A stretch of 64,000 nt of DNA, from assembly GCA_963768415.1 (NCBI GenBank), contig CAVYHX010000014.1, positions 5,431-69,430 of the forward strand, read 5' to 3'. This DNA is from an uncultured Gammaproteobacteria bacterium (lineage in GTDB: Bacteria > Pseudomonadota > Gammaproteobacteria > UBA9214). Under the pieces are notes generated by a model. It did not search any database. It was not told the origin of the DNA and was given only the letters and a program-made list of their open reading frames with translations. The position numbers and the translations under genes were made by a program. Shown piece after piece: positions 1-12,217 of this stretch. Numbering within the stretch: position 1 is the stretch's first letter; every line of letters starts with the position of its first letter.

Positions 1-71
1 GCCGTAACGTACAGTGTTCCGCTGACAACCACTGCCGTCAGAATTCCATATAGTTTGCTGATTTTTTTCAC
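1..71 (-). CDS. 5' end of an unidentified exported or lipoprotein-like gene that runs off the window (GTG start at 71..69)
   Basis: The reverse strand reads VKKISKLYGILTAVVVSGTLYVTA, a basic N-terminus followed by a hydrophobic stretch. AGAGGA lies about 9 nt upstream. The fragment is too short to identify. Confidence 0.3.
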   Translation of the reverse strand, partial: MKKISKLYGILTAVVVSGTLYVT

Positions 72-100
72 TGTCTAATATCCTCTCGTTGAACAGGAGC

Positions 101-172
101 AGGGGTCAGAACCCTTTTTTCCATTTAGCATTGCAGCATCGAGCGATGCCCAATAAAAGGGTTCTGACCCCT
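101..172. repeat. 18-bp perfect inverted repeat (aggggtcagaaccctttt / aaaagggttctgacccct) around a 36-nt spacer that has its own small palindrome (gcatcg-ag-cgatgc)
   Basis: Read directly: arms at 101-118 and 155-172. It lies between the pnp terminator and the next minus-strand gene start. Confidence 0.7.
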
Positions 173-203
173 CGCTATCCTCTTGTGATTCCCGGACAGG
201 ATA

Positions 204-228
204 ATAAAAAAAGGGGCCTTCCAGCCCC
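204..228 (-). terminator. Rho-independent terminator of pnp
   Basis: The minus strand reads GGGGC-tggaag-GCCCC followed by TTTTTTTATTAT, about 28 nt after the pnp stop. Confidence 0.7.
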
Positions 229-255
229 TTTCAATACTTGCATCCAATTTATCTG

Positions 256-2346
256 TCAGTCCTGCCCTACCGCTTTCATGCTGAGCCGGATGCGTCCCTG
301 TTTGTCGACTTCGAGGACCTTGACCTTCACCTGGTCACCTTCGGTAAGTTTGTCGCTGACATTCTGCACACGCTCTTCACAAATCTGCGAAATATGCACC
401 AGGCCATCCTTGCCCGGCAGGATGGTAACAAACGCACCGAAATCCATCAGCTTGGCAACCTTGCCATCATAAATGGTTCCCACTTCAACATCGGCGGTAA
501 TTTGCTCGACACGGCGGCGCGCCTCGGCACCGGCATCAAAATCGACCGAGGCAATCTTGATATTGCCGGCATCATCGATATCGATACTTGCACCGGTCTC
601 TTCAGTAATGGACCGAATGGTAGCACCGCCCTTGCCGATCACGTCACGGATCTTGTCCGGATGGATCTTCATGGTGATATAGCGTGGTGCATACCTGGAA
701 ACATCTGCGCGCGGCTCGTTTATTGCCTTGGCCATCTCGCCCAGTATATGCAAGCGTCCTGCATTGGCCTGTGCCAGCGCCTTCTCCATAATTTCGCGGG
801 TGATACCCTGTATCTTGATGTCCATTTGCAGCGCCGTCACGCCACGGGTTGTACCGGCGACCTTGAAATCCATGTCGCCCAGGTGATCCTCGTCTCCCAG
901 GATGTCGGTCAGGACCGCATACCCATTGTCTTCCTTGATAAGGCCCATGGCCACGCCGGCAACCGGCGCGCTGATCGGCACACCGGCGTCCATCATGGAC
1001 AGACTGCTGCCGCAGACACTCGCCATCGAGCTGGAGCCGTTGGATTCGGTAATTTCGGAAACCACGCGGATGGTATAGGGAAAGCTCTCTTTATCCGGCA
1101 TGACAGCACTGACACCGCGCTTGGCCAGTTTGCCATGGCCCACCTCGCGCCGCTTGGTCCCGCCCACACGGCCGGTCTCGCCGACACAATAGGGGGGGAA
1201 ATTGTAATGCAGCATGAACTGTTCCTTGCTCATGCCGGACAAGGCATCGATCATTGCTGCATCACGTTCGGTACCCAGGGTCGTCACCACCAGTGCCTGG
1301 GTTTCACCACGCGTGAACAGGGCAGAGCCGTGTGCACGCGGCAGCACACCCATGCGAATCGTGATCGGGCGTACGGTGGCGGTATCGCGCCCGTCAATGC
1401 GTGCTTCACCGGCAATGATGCGTCCGCGGACAATCTTCTTCTCCAGTTTGCCGATCGCACCCTTGACTGCATCAGTAGTAAATCCGTCTTCGGCATCATC
1501 ACTCGCCAGCTTGTCGACGATTTCCTCACGCACCTTGCTCAGCAAGGTATAGCGGTCCTGCTTGTCGGCGATCTTGTAGGCGGCCTCGATTGCCTTGGCG
1601 CCTTCCTTCGCAACGGCATCGATCAGGGCGGTATTTTCTGCCGGGGGACTCCACTCCAGCGCCGGGGTATTCACCTCGGCAGCCAGCTCCTTTATGGCAT
1701 TTATCACCACCTGCTGCTGTTCGTGACCGAACATCACCGAGCCCAGCATCACCTCTTCGGACAATTCCTTCACTTCGGACTCAACCATCAGCACGGCGTC
1801 CGCGGTGCCGGCGACAACCAGGTCGAGCTGTGATTCTGTCATCTGTTCGGTTGTCGGATTGAGTACATAGTCACCGTTTATGTAGCCGACGCGGGCGGCC
1901 CCGACAGGTCCGCTGAAGGGCAGGCCCGAAATCGACATCGCGGCCGAGGCGCCGATCAGGGCGGGAATATCCGGATTGATCTGCGGATCGTAGGATACGA
2001 CCGTGAGAATCACCTGCACCTCATTGGTAAAACCCTTGGGGAACAGCGGCCGCAATGGCCGATCGACCAGCCGGCACAACAGTGTCTCGGCTTCGCTCGG
2101 ACGTCCCTCGCGACGGAAAAAATTACCGGGGATCTGTCCGGCCGCATAGCCCTTTTCCTGGTAATCGACAGTCATCGGAAAGAAATCCCTGCCGACCGCG
2201 GCGTGTTTGTCACCGACGACACTGGCAAGCACCATGGTGTCGCCCATGCTGACCATGACTGCGCCACTGGCCTGTCGGGCAATTTCACCGGTTTCGAGTG
2301 TGACCGTCTGGTCACCGTACTGGAAGGATTTCTTGATTGCACTCAC
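256..2346 (-). CDS. pnp: Polyribonucleotide nucleotidyltransferase (PNPase)
   Basis: 696-aa ORF. The sequence is typical PNPase, with two RNase PH-like domains and C-terminal KH and S1 regions (..[19 protein letters not shown]..). It lies downstream of rpsO. Confidence 0.97.
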   Translation of the reverse strand: MSAIKKSFQYGDQTVTLETGEIARQASGAVMVSMGDTMVLASVVGDKHAAVGRDFFPMTVDYQEKGYAAGQIPGNFFRREGRPSEAETLLCRLVDRPLRPLFPKGFTNEVQVILTVVSYDPQINPDIPALIGASAAMSISGLPFSGPVGAARVGYINGDYVLNPTTEQMTESQLDLVVAGTADAVLMVESEVKELSEEVMLGSVMFGHEQQQVVINAIKELAAEVNTPALEWSPPAENTALIDAVAKEGAKAIEAAYKIADKQDRYTLLSKVREEIVDKLASDDAEDGFTTDAVKGAIGKLEKKIVRGRIIAGEARIDGRDTATVRPITIRMGVLPRAHGSALFTRGETQALVVTTLGTERDAAMIDALSGMSKEQFMLHYNFPPYCVGETGRVGGTKRREVGHGKLAKRGVSAVMPDKESFPYTIRVVSEITESNGSSSMASVCGSSLSMMDAGVPISAPVAGVAMGLIKEDNGYAVLTDILGDEDHLGDMDFKVAGTTRGVTALQMDIKIQGITREIMEKALAQANAGRLHILGEMAKAINEPRADVSRYAPRYITMKIHPDKIRDVIGKGGATIRSITEETGASIDIDDAGNIKIASVDFDAGAEARRRVEQITADVEVGTIYDGKVAKLMDFGAFVTILPGKDGLVHISQICEERVQNVSDKLTEGDQVKVKVLEVDKQGRIRLSMKAVGQD

Positions 2347-2410
2347 GGGCGTGTGTCCTTAGTCTGGATATAGGGTTGCTGGTTAGCGGCAGGCGGGAAA
2401 GTACAACGGT

Positions 2411-2680
2411 TTAGCGGCGCAGACCGAGACTGCCAATCAGATCCTGGTAGCGTTTGTTGTCCTTGCCTTTCAGGTAGTCCAGCAGTTTGCGGCGGCGGTT
2501 CACCATGCGCAGCAGACCCTGACGGGAATGATGATCGCTTTTGTGTTTGGCAAAATGATCGGTCAAATGCGTGATATTGGCTGTCAGCAAGGCAACCTGC
2601 ACTTCGGGCGAACCGGTATCGGCGGCACCACGCTGGTGCTCCTTGACGATCGATCCTTTTTGTTCAGCACTTAAGGCCAT
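2411..2680 (-). CDS. rpsO: 30S ribosomal protein S15
   Basis: 89-aa [36 protein letters not shown].., a canonical S15 sequence. Confidence 0.97.
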   Translation of the reverse strand: MALSAEQKGSIVKEHQRGAADTGSPEVQVALLTANITHLTDHFAKHKSDHHSRQGLLRMVNRRRKLLDYLKGKDNKRYQDLIGSLGLRR

Positions 2681-2769
2681 CTAAAAACTCCTGAAACTAC
2701 ATCAAAATCTTGTGGGCCCGGTATTCTAACCGGGTCCGGAGACCGCCACAAGTCACCCTGCGAGGGATA

Positions 2770-3684
2770 TCAACCGACATTCATCATCCGCCGGGGCGCC
2801 ACCCGTCCATCATCGAGAATCTCCCCCATCCCCAGGAGTTTATCGCCCTCGTAGAGGCGTACCCAGCCGGCCGTGGGCGCGTGCTGGACCAGGACCGGCT
2901 GCCCCTGGCGCAGGTAAAAGGCCGCATCACCACTGAGATGCATGTCCGGCCACTGCTGCAGCCCGCTCTCCACCGGTAACAGGCGCTCATCCAGCGCTGC
3001 CAGCCCGGATGCAGCAAGTGCCTCCAGTTCCTCCATGCGGACCATCCCGGAGTCGGTGAAGGGGCCCACGCCCAGCCGGCGCAGGTCGGTGACATGCGCC
3101 CCGCAGCCGAGCAGTTCGCCGATATCCTCCACCAGGGTGCGCACATAGGTCCCCTTGGAACAGTGCACACGGAGCTCGACCCGCGGGGACTCGAAATCCA
3201 GCAAGTCCATTGCGTGTATCGTGATTTGCCTGGGTTCCCGCTCCACCTCCACTCCGGCGCGCGCGAGCCGGTAGAGGCGTTCCCCCTTGTGCTTCACCGC
3301 CGAATACATGGGCGGTATCTGTTCGATCTCACCCAGGAAACCGGTGATGATCCTGGCGAGTTTCTTCCCGGTCACACCTTTAACCGGACGCTGCTCGACG
3401 ACTTCGCCCTCGGCATCACCGGTAGTGGTCCGCTCACCCAGCTTGCAGGCAACCCAGTAATCCTTGTCCGCATCCAGCAGGAACCCGGAGATCTTGGTCG
3501 CCTCGCCAAAGCAGATCGGCAACAAGCCCGTGGCCAGCGGATCGAGACTGCCGGTATGCCCGGCCTTGCGTGCCTGGTAGAGCTTCTTGACCATTTGCAG
3601 CGCGGCATTGGATGTCAACCCGGCTGGCTTGTCCAGCAACAGGATACCGTTCACCTGACGCGCATTACTTCGACGTTGACGCAT
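2770..3684 (-). CDS. truB: tRNA pseudouridine(55) synthase
   Basis: 304-aa ORF with the GILLLDKPAGLTSN and HTGSLDPLATG motifs. It sits in the rbfA-truB-rpsO context. Confidence 0.95.
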   Translation of the reverse strand: MRQRRSNARQVNGILLLDKPAGLTSNAALQMVKKLYQARKAGHTGSLDPLATGLLPICFGEATKISGFLLDADKDYWVACKLGERTTTGDAEGEVVEQRPVKGVTGKKLARIITGFLGEIEQIPPMYSAVKHKGERLYRLARAGVEVEREPRQITIHAMDLLDFESPRVELRVHCSKGTYVRTLVEDIGELLGCGAHVTDLRRLGVGPFTDSGMVRMEELEALAASGLAALDERLLPVESGLQQWPDMHLSGDAAFYLRQGQPVLVQHAPTAGWVRLYEGDKLLGMGEILDDGRVAPRRMMNVG

Positions 3685-3717
3685 AATTATTCACTCGTAG
3701 TCGTGCAGTTCCTGACA

Positions 3718-4095
3718 CTATTCACCATCTGGAGCATCATCCTCGATTGCAGCATTTGCACGATTTATCAGCGCGCCGATACGCGCGCCCTCCTCCAGGG
3801 ACCGGTCCAGATAAAAGTGCAAGCGCGGGATGATCCTGATATGCAATGCCTTGCCGAGCTTGTGGCGCAGGAACCCGGCCGCACCGTTCAGCACTGCGAC
3901 CGATTCCGCACCCTGTTCGGCATCACCCAGGACAGAAACATGTACTTTTGCATGAGACATATCCCGTGAAACTTCGACCGCCGAGATACTCGTCATACCC
4001 AGACGCGGATCTTTCAGTTCGTCGCGCATCAGCTCGGCCAGCTCGCGCTGGATCTGATCGCCGACACGGCGTGTTCTCGGAAAATCCTTTGGCAT
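3718..4095 (-). CDS. rbfA: Ribosome-binding factor A
   Basis: 125-aa ORF RTRRVGDQIQRELAELM.., located between infB and truB. Confidence 0.93.
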   Translation of the reverse strand: MPKDFPRTRRVGDQIQRELAELMRDELKDPRLGMTSISAVEVSRDMSHAKVHVSVLGDAEQGAESVAVLNGAAGFLRHKLGKALHIRIIPRLHFYLDRSLEEGARIGALINRANAAIEDDAPDGE

Positions 4096-4165
4096 GGGAT
4101 ATCAGTTACGTGGCAGCCTGAAATAACGGTAAGTATCAGCGCCGGATCGGGTCAGTTGCCGGAAA

Positions 4166-6703
4166 CTACAGCGACCTGGCCACCTCGAAGCGTTCAAACA
4201 CCTCGATCTGGTCCCCGGCCTGAACACTGTAGTTCTTCACGCCGATACCGCATTCGGTTCCGGCCTTGACCTCGTTGACGTCATCCTTGAAGCGCCGCAA
4301 TGATTCAAGCTCGCCTTCATAGACCACCACGTTGTCGCGCAACACACGTATCGGTGCATTGCGGCGGACAACACCGTCAACCACTATACAACCGGCAATG
4401 TCGCCCAGCTTGCGCGAACGGAATACTTCCTTGACTTCCGCCAGGCCGATGATCTCCTCCCGCTGTTCGGGACTCAGCATGCCACTGGCGGCCGCCCTTA
4501 CATCATCAATTGCGTTGTAGATGACACTGTAATATTTCAGATCGACATTGTTTTCCTCGATCATGCGCTTGGACGAAGTATCGGCACGCACGTTGAAGCC
4601 GATGATAATGGCATTGGATGCGATCGCCAGGTTGACATCGGATTCATTGATACCACCGACACCTCCGGAGACCACCTTGACCTTCACGTCTTTCTCCTCC
4701 GAGGTGATACCGGTCAACGCATCCATAAGCGCCTCGGCGCTGCCCTGCACATCCGCCTTGAGCACGATATTGACCGAAGGTGTCTGGCCTTCGCCGACCT
4801 GCGAGAACACATCCTCGAGACGCGTTTGCTGCTGCATTGCCAGTCGCTGGTCGCGTGACTTGTCATGACGCAGTTCGGCCAGTTCACGTGCCTTGCGCTC
4901 ATCGGCCACAACGATCACGTCATCACCTGCATTGGGTACCGCTGACAAGCCCAGCACCAGTGCCGGCATCGACGGACCCGCCTCGTCTATCTGCCTGCCG
5001 CTCTCGTCGAACATGGCGCGTACCCGGCCATATTCATGTCCCGTCAGAATCAGATCGCCCTTCTTGAGGACGCCGTTCTGCACCAGGATGGTCGCGACGG
5101 CACCGCGCCCCTTGTCGAGGCTGGATTCAACAACAATACCGGTCGCCGGACAGTCCTGCACCGCAGTCAACTCGAGCACTTCGGACTGCAGCAGGACGGC
5201 ATCCAGCAGATTATCGACGCCCTCGCCGGTCTTGGCCGACACCGGGACAAATATAGTGTCGCCACCCCATTCTTCCGGAATCACTTCCAGTGCCGCCAGT
5301 TCATTCTTGACGCGTTCCTGATCGGCCTCCGGCTTGTCAATCTTGTTGACGGCAATCACCAGCGGCACACCGGCGGCCCTGGCATGCTGGACGGCCTCCT
5401 TGGTCTGCGGCTTGACGCCATCATCAGCGGCAACAACCAGAATAACGATATCGGTGACTTGCGCACCGCGGGCACGCATGGCGGTGAATGCCGCATGTCC
5501 CGGCGTATCCAGAAAGCTGATAACGCCCTTGTCTGTTTCAACGTGATAGGCACCGATATGCTGGGTTATTCCGCCTGCCTCGCCTTCAGCCACCTTGGTG
5601 CGCCGGATATAATCGAGCAGCGAGGTCTTGCCGTGGTCCACATGGCCCATGATAGTGACTACCGGCGGGCGTGGCAGCTGCTCTCCCTGCACTTCCTTGA
5701 TCTTCTGTTCAAGCTCGTCTTCGAGTGCGTTTGCCTGCACCGATTTTGCGACGTGGCCCATCTCCTCGACAATCAGTATGGCAGTATCCTGATCGAGCGC
5801 CTGGTTGATGTTCGCCATCACACCCATTTTCATGAGTGTCTTGATGACCTCGGCCGCCTTGACCGACATCTTCTGGGCAAGCTCGGACACCGCAATGCTC
5901 TCGGGCACTTCGACCTCGTGCACAACCGGCTCGGTTGGCATGGCAAATCCATGCTCGGCAGTACTGGTAATGGTGACGCGCCTGGTTTTCGGTTTCTTCT
6001 TGCGCCGTCCGCTCTTGTCCGCTGCCACGTGCAGTTGCGAACGACCGTACTTGGTGGGTTTGCCGGCATCTGCCTGGCGCGGCTTGCGCTCGCCCTCTGC
6101 CGGCTTCTTCTGCCGGCCTTCGTCGCGCGCCGCCGCCCGGGTCTGTGCCTCTGCCGCCGCCGCCTGTTGCCTGGCTTCCTGCTCGGCCTTGAGACGCGAC
6201 TCTTCGGCAGCCTGTTCCTCTTCTGCCTGTTTCTTGGCCGCATCACGCTTCTGGCGCGCGGCTTCTTCGCGCGCTTCCTCTTCTGCGCGAATGCGTGCCT
6301 TCTCTTCTGCTTCCTCGTCGAGTCGCTGCTGTTCCTCGGCAATCAGGTCGGCACGCTTCACATACGTGCGCTTCTTGCGAATCTCCACGTTCACGGTCTT
6401 GGTTTCCGAACGCGCGCCGCGCAGGGGTCCGCGGGCGCCCGGGGTACGGGGTGCCGCAACTGTCGTTTTCAATTCGCTCTGGGTTTTTCGCCGCAGCGTA
6501 ATTTTATTCTGCGCGCCCCCGGATACGATGGTTCTCTTGCCATGGCTCTGGCGCAGAAAATCGAGCAGCTGGGTCTTCTCACTTTCTGTGATGGTCGCGT
6601 TTTCGTCATTGACATCAAGACCGGCCTCGCTGAGCTGCATTAGCAGACGCTCGGGCGGAACTCCGACTACTTCGGCGAATTGTTTAACGGTTACTTCCGA
6701 CAT
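4166..6703 (-). CDS. infB: Translation initiation factor IF-2
   Basis: 845-aa ORF with a charged low-complexity N-terminal region and a GTPase core ([25 protein letters not shown]). Confidence 0.97.
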   Translation of the reverse strand: MSEVTVKQFAEVVGVPPERLLMQLSEAGLDVNDENATITESEKTQLLDFLRQSHGKRTIVSGGAQNKITLRRKTQSELKTTVAAPRTPGARGPLRGARSETKTVNVEIRKKRTYVKRADLIAEEQQRLDEEAEEKARIRAEEEAREEAARQKRDAAKKQAEEEQAAEESRLKAEQEARQQAAAAEAQTRAAARDEGRQKKPAEGERKPRQADAGKPTKYGRSQLHVAADKSGRRKKKPKTRRVTITSTAEHGFAMPTEPVVHEVEVPESIAVSELAQKMSVKAAEVIKTLMKMGVMANINQALDQDTAILIVEEMGHVAKSVQANALEDELEQKIKEVQGEQLPRPPVVTIMGHVDHGKTSLLDYIRRTKVAEGEAGGITQHIGAYHVETDKGVISFLDTPGHAAFTAMRARGAQVTDIVILVVAADDGVKPQTKEAVQHARAAGVPLVIAVNKIDKPEADQERVKNELAALEVIPEEWGGDTIFVPVSAKTGEGVDNLLDAVLLQSEVLELTAVQDCPATGIVVESSLDKGRGAVATILVQNGVLKKGDLILTGHEYGRVRAMFDESGRQIDEAGPSMPALVLGLSAVPNAGDDVIVVADERKARELAELRHDKSRDQRLAMQQQTRLEDVFSQVGEGQTPSVNIVLKADVQGSAEALMDALTGITSEEKDVKVKVVSGGVGGINESDVNLAIASNAIIIGFNVRADTSSKRMIEENNVDLKYYSVIYNAIDDVRAAASGMLSPEQREEIIGLAEVKEVFRSRKLGDIAGCIVVDGVVRRNAPIRVLRDNVVVYEGELESLRRFKDDVNEVKAGTECGIGVKNYSVQAGDQIEVFERFEVARSL

Positions 6704-6718
6704 CGTGAATCTGCTCCC

Positions 6719-8257
6719 TCAGTCCTGCGCCTCTTCAGCAAACCAGGGCGCGCGTGCAGTCATGATCAGTGCGCCGGCCCGCTGCTCATCCATACCCTCG
6801 ATTACCATCAACTCGTCAACGGCCTGTTCTGCCAGATCTTCCATGGTGATCACGCCATGGCCGGCAAGCTCGTATGCCAGCCCCCGGTCCATACCCTCCA
6901 TCTCCAGCAAGTCCGGTGCCGGCTCGACATCACCGAGCTTCTCCTCGTTCATGATCGCCTGGGTCAGCAAGACGTCCCGCGCCCTGCCACGCAGCTCCTC
7001 GACCATGTCCTCCTCGAATTCCTCGATCTGCAACAGCTCACTGTTGGGTACGTAGACAATTTCCTCGATGGTGGAGAAACCTTCCTGTACCAGGATGGCG
7101 GCAATTTCCTCATCGACATCGAGCTGCTTCTTGAACATGGCCTGCAGCTCCGCGGCCTCAGCCTCGCTTTTTTCCTCTGCCTGCGACTCATCCATGACAT
7201 TGAGTTCCCAGCCGGTCAACTGGCTTGCCAGGCGCACATTCTGCCCGGCGCGCCCGATCGCCTGGGACAGCTGCTCTTCGACCACGGCGATATCCATGGT
7301 GTGGGTATCCTCATCAACCACAATGGAGGCAACTTCAGCCGGTGACATTGCATTGATCACGAACTGGGCCGGAATTTCGTCCCACAGAATGATATCGACA
7401 CGTTCACCGGAGAGTTCCGTCGATACGGTCTGTACACGTGATCCACGCATACCGACGCAGGCACCCACCGGATCGATGCGCGGGTCATTGCTCTTCACCG
7501 CAATCTTGGCGCGCAGACCGGGATCGCGCGCCGCGGCCAGTATTTCGATCAGATCCTGACCCACCTCGGGCACTTCCAGCTTGAACAGTTCCAGCAGAAA
7601 TTCCGGCGCAACCCGGCTGATAAACAATTGCGGTCCGCGTTGCTCGGCACTGACTTCACGCAGGTAACCCCGCAGGCGATCTCCCGGGCGGACTGCCTCC
7701 CGCGGAATCATCTCCTCGCGCAGGATGATCGCCTCGGCATTGGCACCCAGGTCCAGGTAGACGTTACCGCGCTCGACGCGCTTGACGACACCGGTCACCA
7801 GCTCACCCACCCGGTCACGATACGCGTCCACCACCATGGCACGCTCCGCCTCGCGCACCTTTTGCACGATGACCTGTTTGGCGGTTTGCGCTCCGATGCG
7901 GCCAAATGTGACCGAGTCCATCGGCTCCTCGATATAATCTCCATGCTCCAGCGCAGGGTCTTTCTCCCGCGCCTCTGCGAGCGTGATCTGGCGCTCGGGG
8001 AATTCGTATACCAGGACATCTTCATCGTCAGGATCAGCCCCGGCAGCAACCGCTTCATCGATCACCTGCCAGCGACGAAATGTCTGGTAGTCACCGGTCT
8101 CGCGGTCAATGGCAACACGCGCGTCGATCTCTCCGCCTGCGTGTTTACGGGTGGCAGTGGCGAGTGCAATTTCGATGGCCTCGAAAATCACATTCTTGTC
8201 GATACCCTTTTCATTGGATACCGCATCCACGACCATCAGAATTTCCTTCTTGTCCAT
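6719..8257 (-). CDS. nusA: Transcription termination/antitermination factor NusA
   Basis: 512-aa [24 protein letters not shown].. with S1/KH regions and C-terminal acidic repeats. Confidence 0.96.
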   Translation of the reverse strand: MDKKEILMVVDAVSNEKGIDKNVIFEAIEIALATATRKHAGGEIDARVAIDRETGDYQTFRRWQVIDEAVAAGADPDDEDVLVYEFPERQITLAEAREKDPALEHGDYIEEPMDSVTFGRIGAQTAKQVIVQKVREAERAMVVDAYRDRVGELVTGVVKRVERGNVYLDLGANAEAIILREEMIPREAVRPGDRLRGYLREVSAEQRGPQLFISRVAPEFLLELFKLEVPEVGQDLIEILAAARDPGLRAKIAVKSNDPRIDPVGACVGMRGSRVQTVSTELSGERVDIILWDEIPAQFVINAMSPAEVASIVVDEDTHTMDIAVVEEQLSQAIGRAGQNVRLASQLTGWELNVMDESQAEEKSEAEAAELQAMFKKQLDVDEEIAAILVQEGFSTIEEIVYVPNSELLQIEEFEEDMVEELRGRARDVLLTQAIMNEEKLGDVEPAPDLLEMEGMDRGLAYELAGHGVITMEDLAEQAVDELMVIEGMDEQRAGALIMTARAPWFAEEAQD

Positions 8258-8283
8258 TCCCTTTAAACCTCCAAGTCCGGTAT

Positions 8284-8742
8284 TCAGTACTCCGGCACCA
8301 GGCGTGCCTGATCAATCTGGTCGAATGGCAGGCTGATCTCCTGATCATCCTGCATAATCACTACATTATCGTCCCGCATGCCCGTCAGACGTCCCTTGAA
8401 TTTGCGCTGGCCCTCAATCGGGTAGCTCAGACGCAATTTCACCACCTGGCCGGTGAAGCGCTCGAAGTCCTCACGCTTGAACAACAACCGGTCCAGCCCG
8501 GGTGACGAGACCTCCAGTGTGTAGTGTTCCTTGATCGGATCTTCCACATCGAGCACACCACTCACGTGATAACTCACGGCCTGGCAGTCGTCTACCGAAA
8601 TGCCATCCGCACTGTCGATGTAGACACGCAACAGGCCACCACCCTTGCTACCCCGCTGATATTCCACACCCACCAGGTCGTAACCCAGTGAGCGGATACC
8701 AGGCTCAAGTAACGCGCCGATATGTAAGGGGTCCTGCCTCAT
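8284..8742 (-). CDS. rimP: Ribosome maturation factor RimP
   Basis: The ORF spans 8284-8793. The likely true start is the internal M ([15 protein letters not shown]..), judged by alignment to RimP (..[12 protein letters not shown]..). It lies upstream of nusA. Confidence 0.9.
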   Translation of the reverse strand: MRQDPLHIGALLEPGIRSLGYDLVGVEYQRGSKGGGLLRVYIDSADGISVDDCQAVSYHVSGVLDVEDPIKEHYTLEVSSPGLDRLLFKREDFERFTGQVVKLRLSYPIEGQRKFKGRLTGMRDDNVVIMQDDQEISLPFDQIDQARLVPEY

Positions 8743-8911
8743 TACCACTTCATCGCACTGCAATCTGCATTCCGGAAACAAAAAATGGGCCAAAGGCCCA
8801 CTCCATGAACTCCGAAACTGTTCTCATGTGGAGTCTAACCAAAGTGGCTACACTCCAGCCCTGCGGTCCGGCCCCGGGCCAACAAAATACCCCACAGTGG
8901 GTCCGTAAATA

Positions 8912-8988
<77 letters not shown>

Positions 8989-9216
8989 TCAACGGCCCGG
9001 AAGTGTAGCGATTGCTTCACACCTTTTCAAGCTATCAACGCCACTACGCAACATAAAGTGCCCGGAACAGGCAACAAACCCGGGGCAGAACCCTGCCGGA
9101 GTGATAACGAAGAGAAGCGAGCGGCTGATCGCGGGCGGCTGACAGCACCGATAGGGACGCAGTTGATCAGGGATAGATGAGAATAATTCTCACCTGGACC
9201 CGCGCCCGGGCCCGGA

Positions 9217-10653
9217 TCAGGTCAGCACCCGGGTACACAGGGCCAGCAGGCCGCCCGGAAACAGGCCCAGACCCAGCACCAGCAGCCCGTTCAGGCTCAT
9301 CGCCAGCTGCATGTCCGCACTGACCACCAGCGGGGTCGTTTCCTCGGCGCTGTCGAAGTACATCAGCTTGACCACGCGCAGGTAATAAAAAGCACCGATA
9401 ATGGAGAAAAATACCGCCACCAAAGCCAGCCAGACCATATCGACATGGATGACCGCCTGCAGTACCGACAGCTTGGCATAAAACCCGACCGTCGGCGGCA
9501 CCCCGGCCATGGAAAACATCAGGATGAGCATCATGAAGGCATACCACGGACTGCGGTCATTCAAACCCTTGAAGTCATCCAGCCACTCGGCCTCCAGGTC
9601 ATTACGGCTCAGCAGGATGATCATGCCGAAACCCCCGATGGCCATCAGCGCGTAGGTGATGGCATAGAACATGGCGGCTGAAAATCCTTCCGCGGTACCG
9701 GCCAGGATACCCAGCAGCAAAAAACCCACATGCGAAATTGTTGAGTAGGCAAACATGCGCTTCAGGTTGGTTTGCGCAATGGCGATCACATTTCCCAGTG
9801 CCAGCGACAACACTGCCAGGATGGTCAGCATTCCCTGCCAGTCGAACGCAAGTTCTCCCAGGGTTTCCACCAGCAGACGCATGGCCATGCCGAATGCGGC
9901 TATCTTGGGGGCACTGCCGATGAACAGGGTAACCGGCGTGGGTGCACCGTGATAGACATCCGGCACCCACATATGAAACGGCACGGCGCCGAACTTGAAT
10001 GCCAGTCCGACCATGATAAAACACAGCGCAAAAATGAGGATCATGCTGTTTTCATCCGTTCCCGCCAGCACCTCGGCAATCCCGGCTATATCGAGACTGC
10101 CGGTCGCCCCGTATAGCATCGACATCCCGTACAGCAGCATGCCGGAAGCCAGCGCCCCCAGGACAAAATATTTCATGGCCGCCTCCGAGGCGGATGCGGA
10201 ATCCCGGTCAAATGCGACCATGGCATACAGCGACAATGACAACAGTTCCAGACCGAGGTAGATGGTCAGCAGGTTATGGGCCGATACCAGTACCAGCATA
10301 CCCAGTACGGCAAATAACCCGAGGATGTAATATTCGCCGCGCAACCGGCCCCGCGTGGCGTGGTAATTGCTTGCATACAGAAAGGCACCCAGGGTAATCA
10401 CTGCAATACTTGCCTTCAGCAGCGCAGCCATCGGGTCGTGCACAAAGGTTCCACCAAGCACGACCAGGGTATCGATCTGCAGCATGTACACGCTGATCGC
10501 CGCCACGCCCAGCAAGGTGAACTGGCACAGCACATAACTTAACCGGGGCCTCCGCTGACCCAGGACGGCCTCCACGACGAGGATGCTACAGGCCATGATC
10601 AGCAGAAAGATTTCTGCTGCCAGTGGTGCAAATTCAGCTACAGGATAGTTCAT
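9217..10653 (-). CDS. nuoN: NADH-quinone oxidoreductase subunit N
   Basis: 478-aa polytopic membrane ORF, the last gene of the nuo cluster. Confidence 0.93.
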   Translation of the reverse strand: MNYPVAEFAPLAAEIFLLIMACSILVVEAVLGQRRPRLSYVLCQFTLLGVAAISVYMLQIDTLVVLGGTFVHDPMAALLKASIAVITLGAFLYASNYHATRGRLRGEYYILGLFAVLGMLVLVSAHNLLTIYLGLELLSLSLYAMVAFDRDSASASEAAMKYFVLGALASGMLLYGMSMLYGATGSLDIAGIAEVLAGTDENSMILIFALCFIMVGLAFKFGAVPFHMWVPDVYHGAPTPVTLFIGSAPKIAAFGMAMRLLVETLGELAFDWQGMLTILAVLSLALGNVIAIAQTNLKRMFAYSTISHVGFLLLGILAGTAEGFSAAMFYAITYALMAIGGFGMIILLSRNDLEAEWLDDFKGLNDRSPWYAFMMLILMFSMAGVPPTVGFYAKLSVLQAVIHVDMVWLALVAVFFSIIGAFYYLRVVKLMYFDSAEETTPLVVSADMQLAMSLNGLLVLGLGLFPGGLLALCTRVLT

Positions 10654-10666
10654 AAGCTAATCCGGT

Positions 10667-12217
10667 TTAGTTCCCTGCGCCCAGCAGCGCCAGGCCGGAC
10701 TCGACCGGCAGCTTCGACACTGACAGATGCGCCAGCAATTGATCGACGCTGGCATGCATCACCTCCACCAGCGGCGCCGGCCAGAGACCGAACAGCAACA
10801 CCACAACGGCCAGGCTCGCCAGCACGAAAAATTCACGTTTATTGATGTCTTCCAGCTGCCTGACGTTGTCATTCGCGATCTCGCCGAAGATAACCCGCTT
10901 GACCATCCACAGGGTATAGGCGGCACCCAGTATCAGGGTGGTCGCCGCCAGCAACGCAAACCAGAAGTTGGCCTTGAAGCTTGCCAGGATCACCATGAAT
11001 TCACCCACAAATCCGGAGGTACCCGGCAGGCCGGCATTGGCCATGGCAAACAGCATCATGAAGGCCGCAAATACCGGCATGGTATTGACTACACCGCCAT
11101 AATCACTGATCTGCCGGCTATGCATGCGGTCATACAGCACACCGACGCAGAGGAACAGCGCCCCGGAAATGAACCCGTGCGAAATCATCTGCACCATCCC
11201 GCCTTCCATACCCAGCGCCGCGCCCTGCAGCGACCCGCTGTTATCCAGCAGGGTAAAGGCGAGAAATATCCCCAGCGTCACGAAACCCATGTGTGCAATG
11301 GATGAATAGGCAATCAGCTTTTTCATGTCATTCTGCACCAGCGCGACAAAACCGATATAGACCACCGCCACCAGCGACATCAGGATGATCAGCCAGTCAA
11401 GGGCATGGCTGGCATCCGGAGTGATCGGCAGACTGAAGCGCAGAAAACCGTAGCCACCGATCTTCAGCATAATGGCCGCCAGGATCACCGAGCCGCCGGT
11501 GGGTGCCTCAACGTGCGCATCCGGCAACCAGGTATGCACCGGCCACATCGGCACCTTCACGGCGAACGCCAGCAGAAAGGCGATAAAGATCAGTACCTGC
11601 TCGGTCATATCCAGCTGCAGCATATGAAAATCGAGGATGCCGAAACTGCCGGACTGCAGGTACATGTAGATCAGCGCAACCAGCATGAAAACCGAGCCGA
11701 AGAACGTATACAGAAAAAACTTTATCGTGGCATACACACGCCGCGGCCCGCCCCAGACACCGATAATCAGGAACATCGGCACCAGCATGGCCTCCCAGAA
11801 GACATAGAACAGCACGGCGTCAAGCGCGGCGAATACGCCGTTCATCAGGCCTTCCATGATCAGGAATGATGCCATGTACTGCGCCGTCTTCTCCTGGATG
11901 ACCTGCCAGCCGGCCACTACCACGAGCACCGTGGTAAACGTCGTCAGGATAATCAACGGCATGGAGATTCCGTCCACACCGAGGTGGTAATTGGCATTGA
12001 AGGCGTCAATCCATGGCAACAGCTCCTGGTACTGCATGACCGCTGTTGTCATATCGAAATGCGTGTACAGGAGGATACTCAGGAAAAATGTTGCCGTGGA
12101 GACAACCAGCGCTGTCTGGCGGCAGGCCGTATTACCCAGCGCATCCATTATGAGCAGCGCAATACCCCCGGCTACGGGCAGCCAGATCAGGGCACTCAGT
12201 AACGGAAAATCGGTCAT
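10667..12217 (-). CDS. nuoM: NADH-quinone oxidoreductase subunit M
   Basis: 516-aa antiporter-like membrane ORF. Its position and sequence match NuoM. Confidence 0.93.
   Translation of the reverse strand: MTDFPLLSALIWLPVAGGIALLIMDALGNTACRQTALVVSTATFFLSILLYTHFDMTTAVMQYQELLPWIDAFNANYHLGVDGISMPLIILTTFTTVLVVVAGWQVIQEKTAQYMASFLIMEGLMNGVFAALDAVLFYVFWEAMLVPMFLIIGVWGGPRRVYATIKFFLYTFFGSVFMLVALIYMYLQSGSFGILDFHMLQLDMTEQVLIFIAFLLAFAVKVPMWPVHTWLPDAHVEAPTGGSVILAAIMLKIGGYGFLRFSLPITPDASHALDWLIILMSLVAVVYIGFVALVQNDMKKLIAYSSIAHMGFVTLGIFLAFTLLDNSGSLQGAALGMEGGMVQMISHGFISGALFLCVGVLYDRMHSRQISDYGGVVNTMPVFAAFMMLFAMANAGLPGTSGFVGEFMVILASFKANFWFALLAATTLILGAAYTLWMVKRVIFGEIANDNVRQLEDINKREFFVLASLAVVVLLFGLWPAPLVEVMHASVDQLLAHLSVSKLPVESGLALLGAGN

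Noticed and set aside
238-1833. A 531-aa plus-strand ORF, among the longest plus-strand ORFs in the track.
   Set aside because: It lies entirely antisense to pnp, whose product is unmistakable. Its translation is low-complexity (H/G/R/A-rich) with no recognisable motif. This is the typical shadow ORF of high-GC DNA.
5950-6450. Repetitive A/E/K/R-rich coding sequence that looks like a tandem repeat.
   Set aside because: It is the low-complexity N-terminal region typical of IF-2, in frame and within infB. It is not an independent repeat element.
5036-7055. Long plus-strand ORFs of 535 aa and 416 aa across the infB/nusA region.
   Set aside because: They are antisense to infB and nusA. Their composition (Ser/Arg/Ala/Leu runs) mirrors the charged repeats of IF-2. 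They have no start context or homology pattern.
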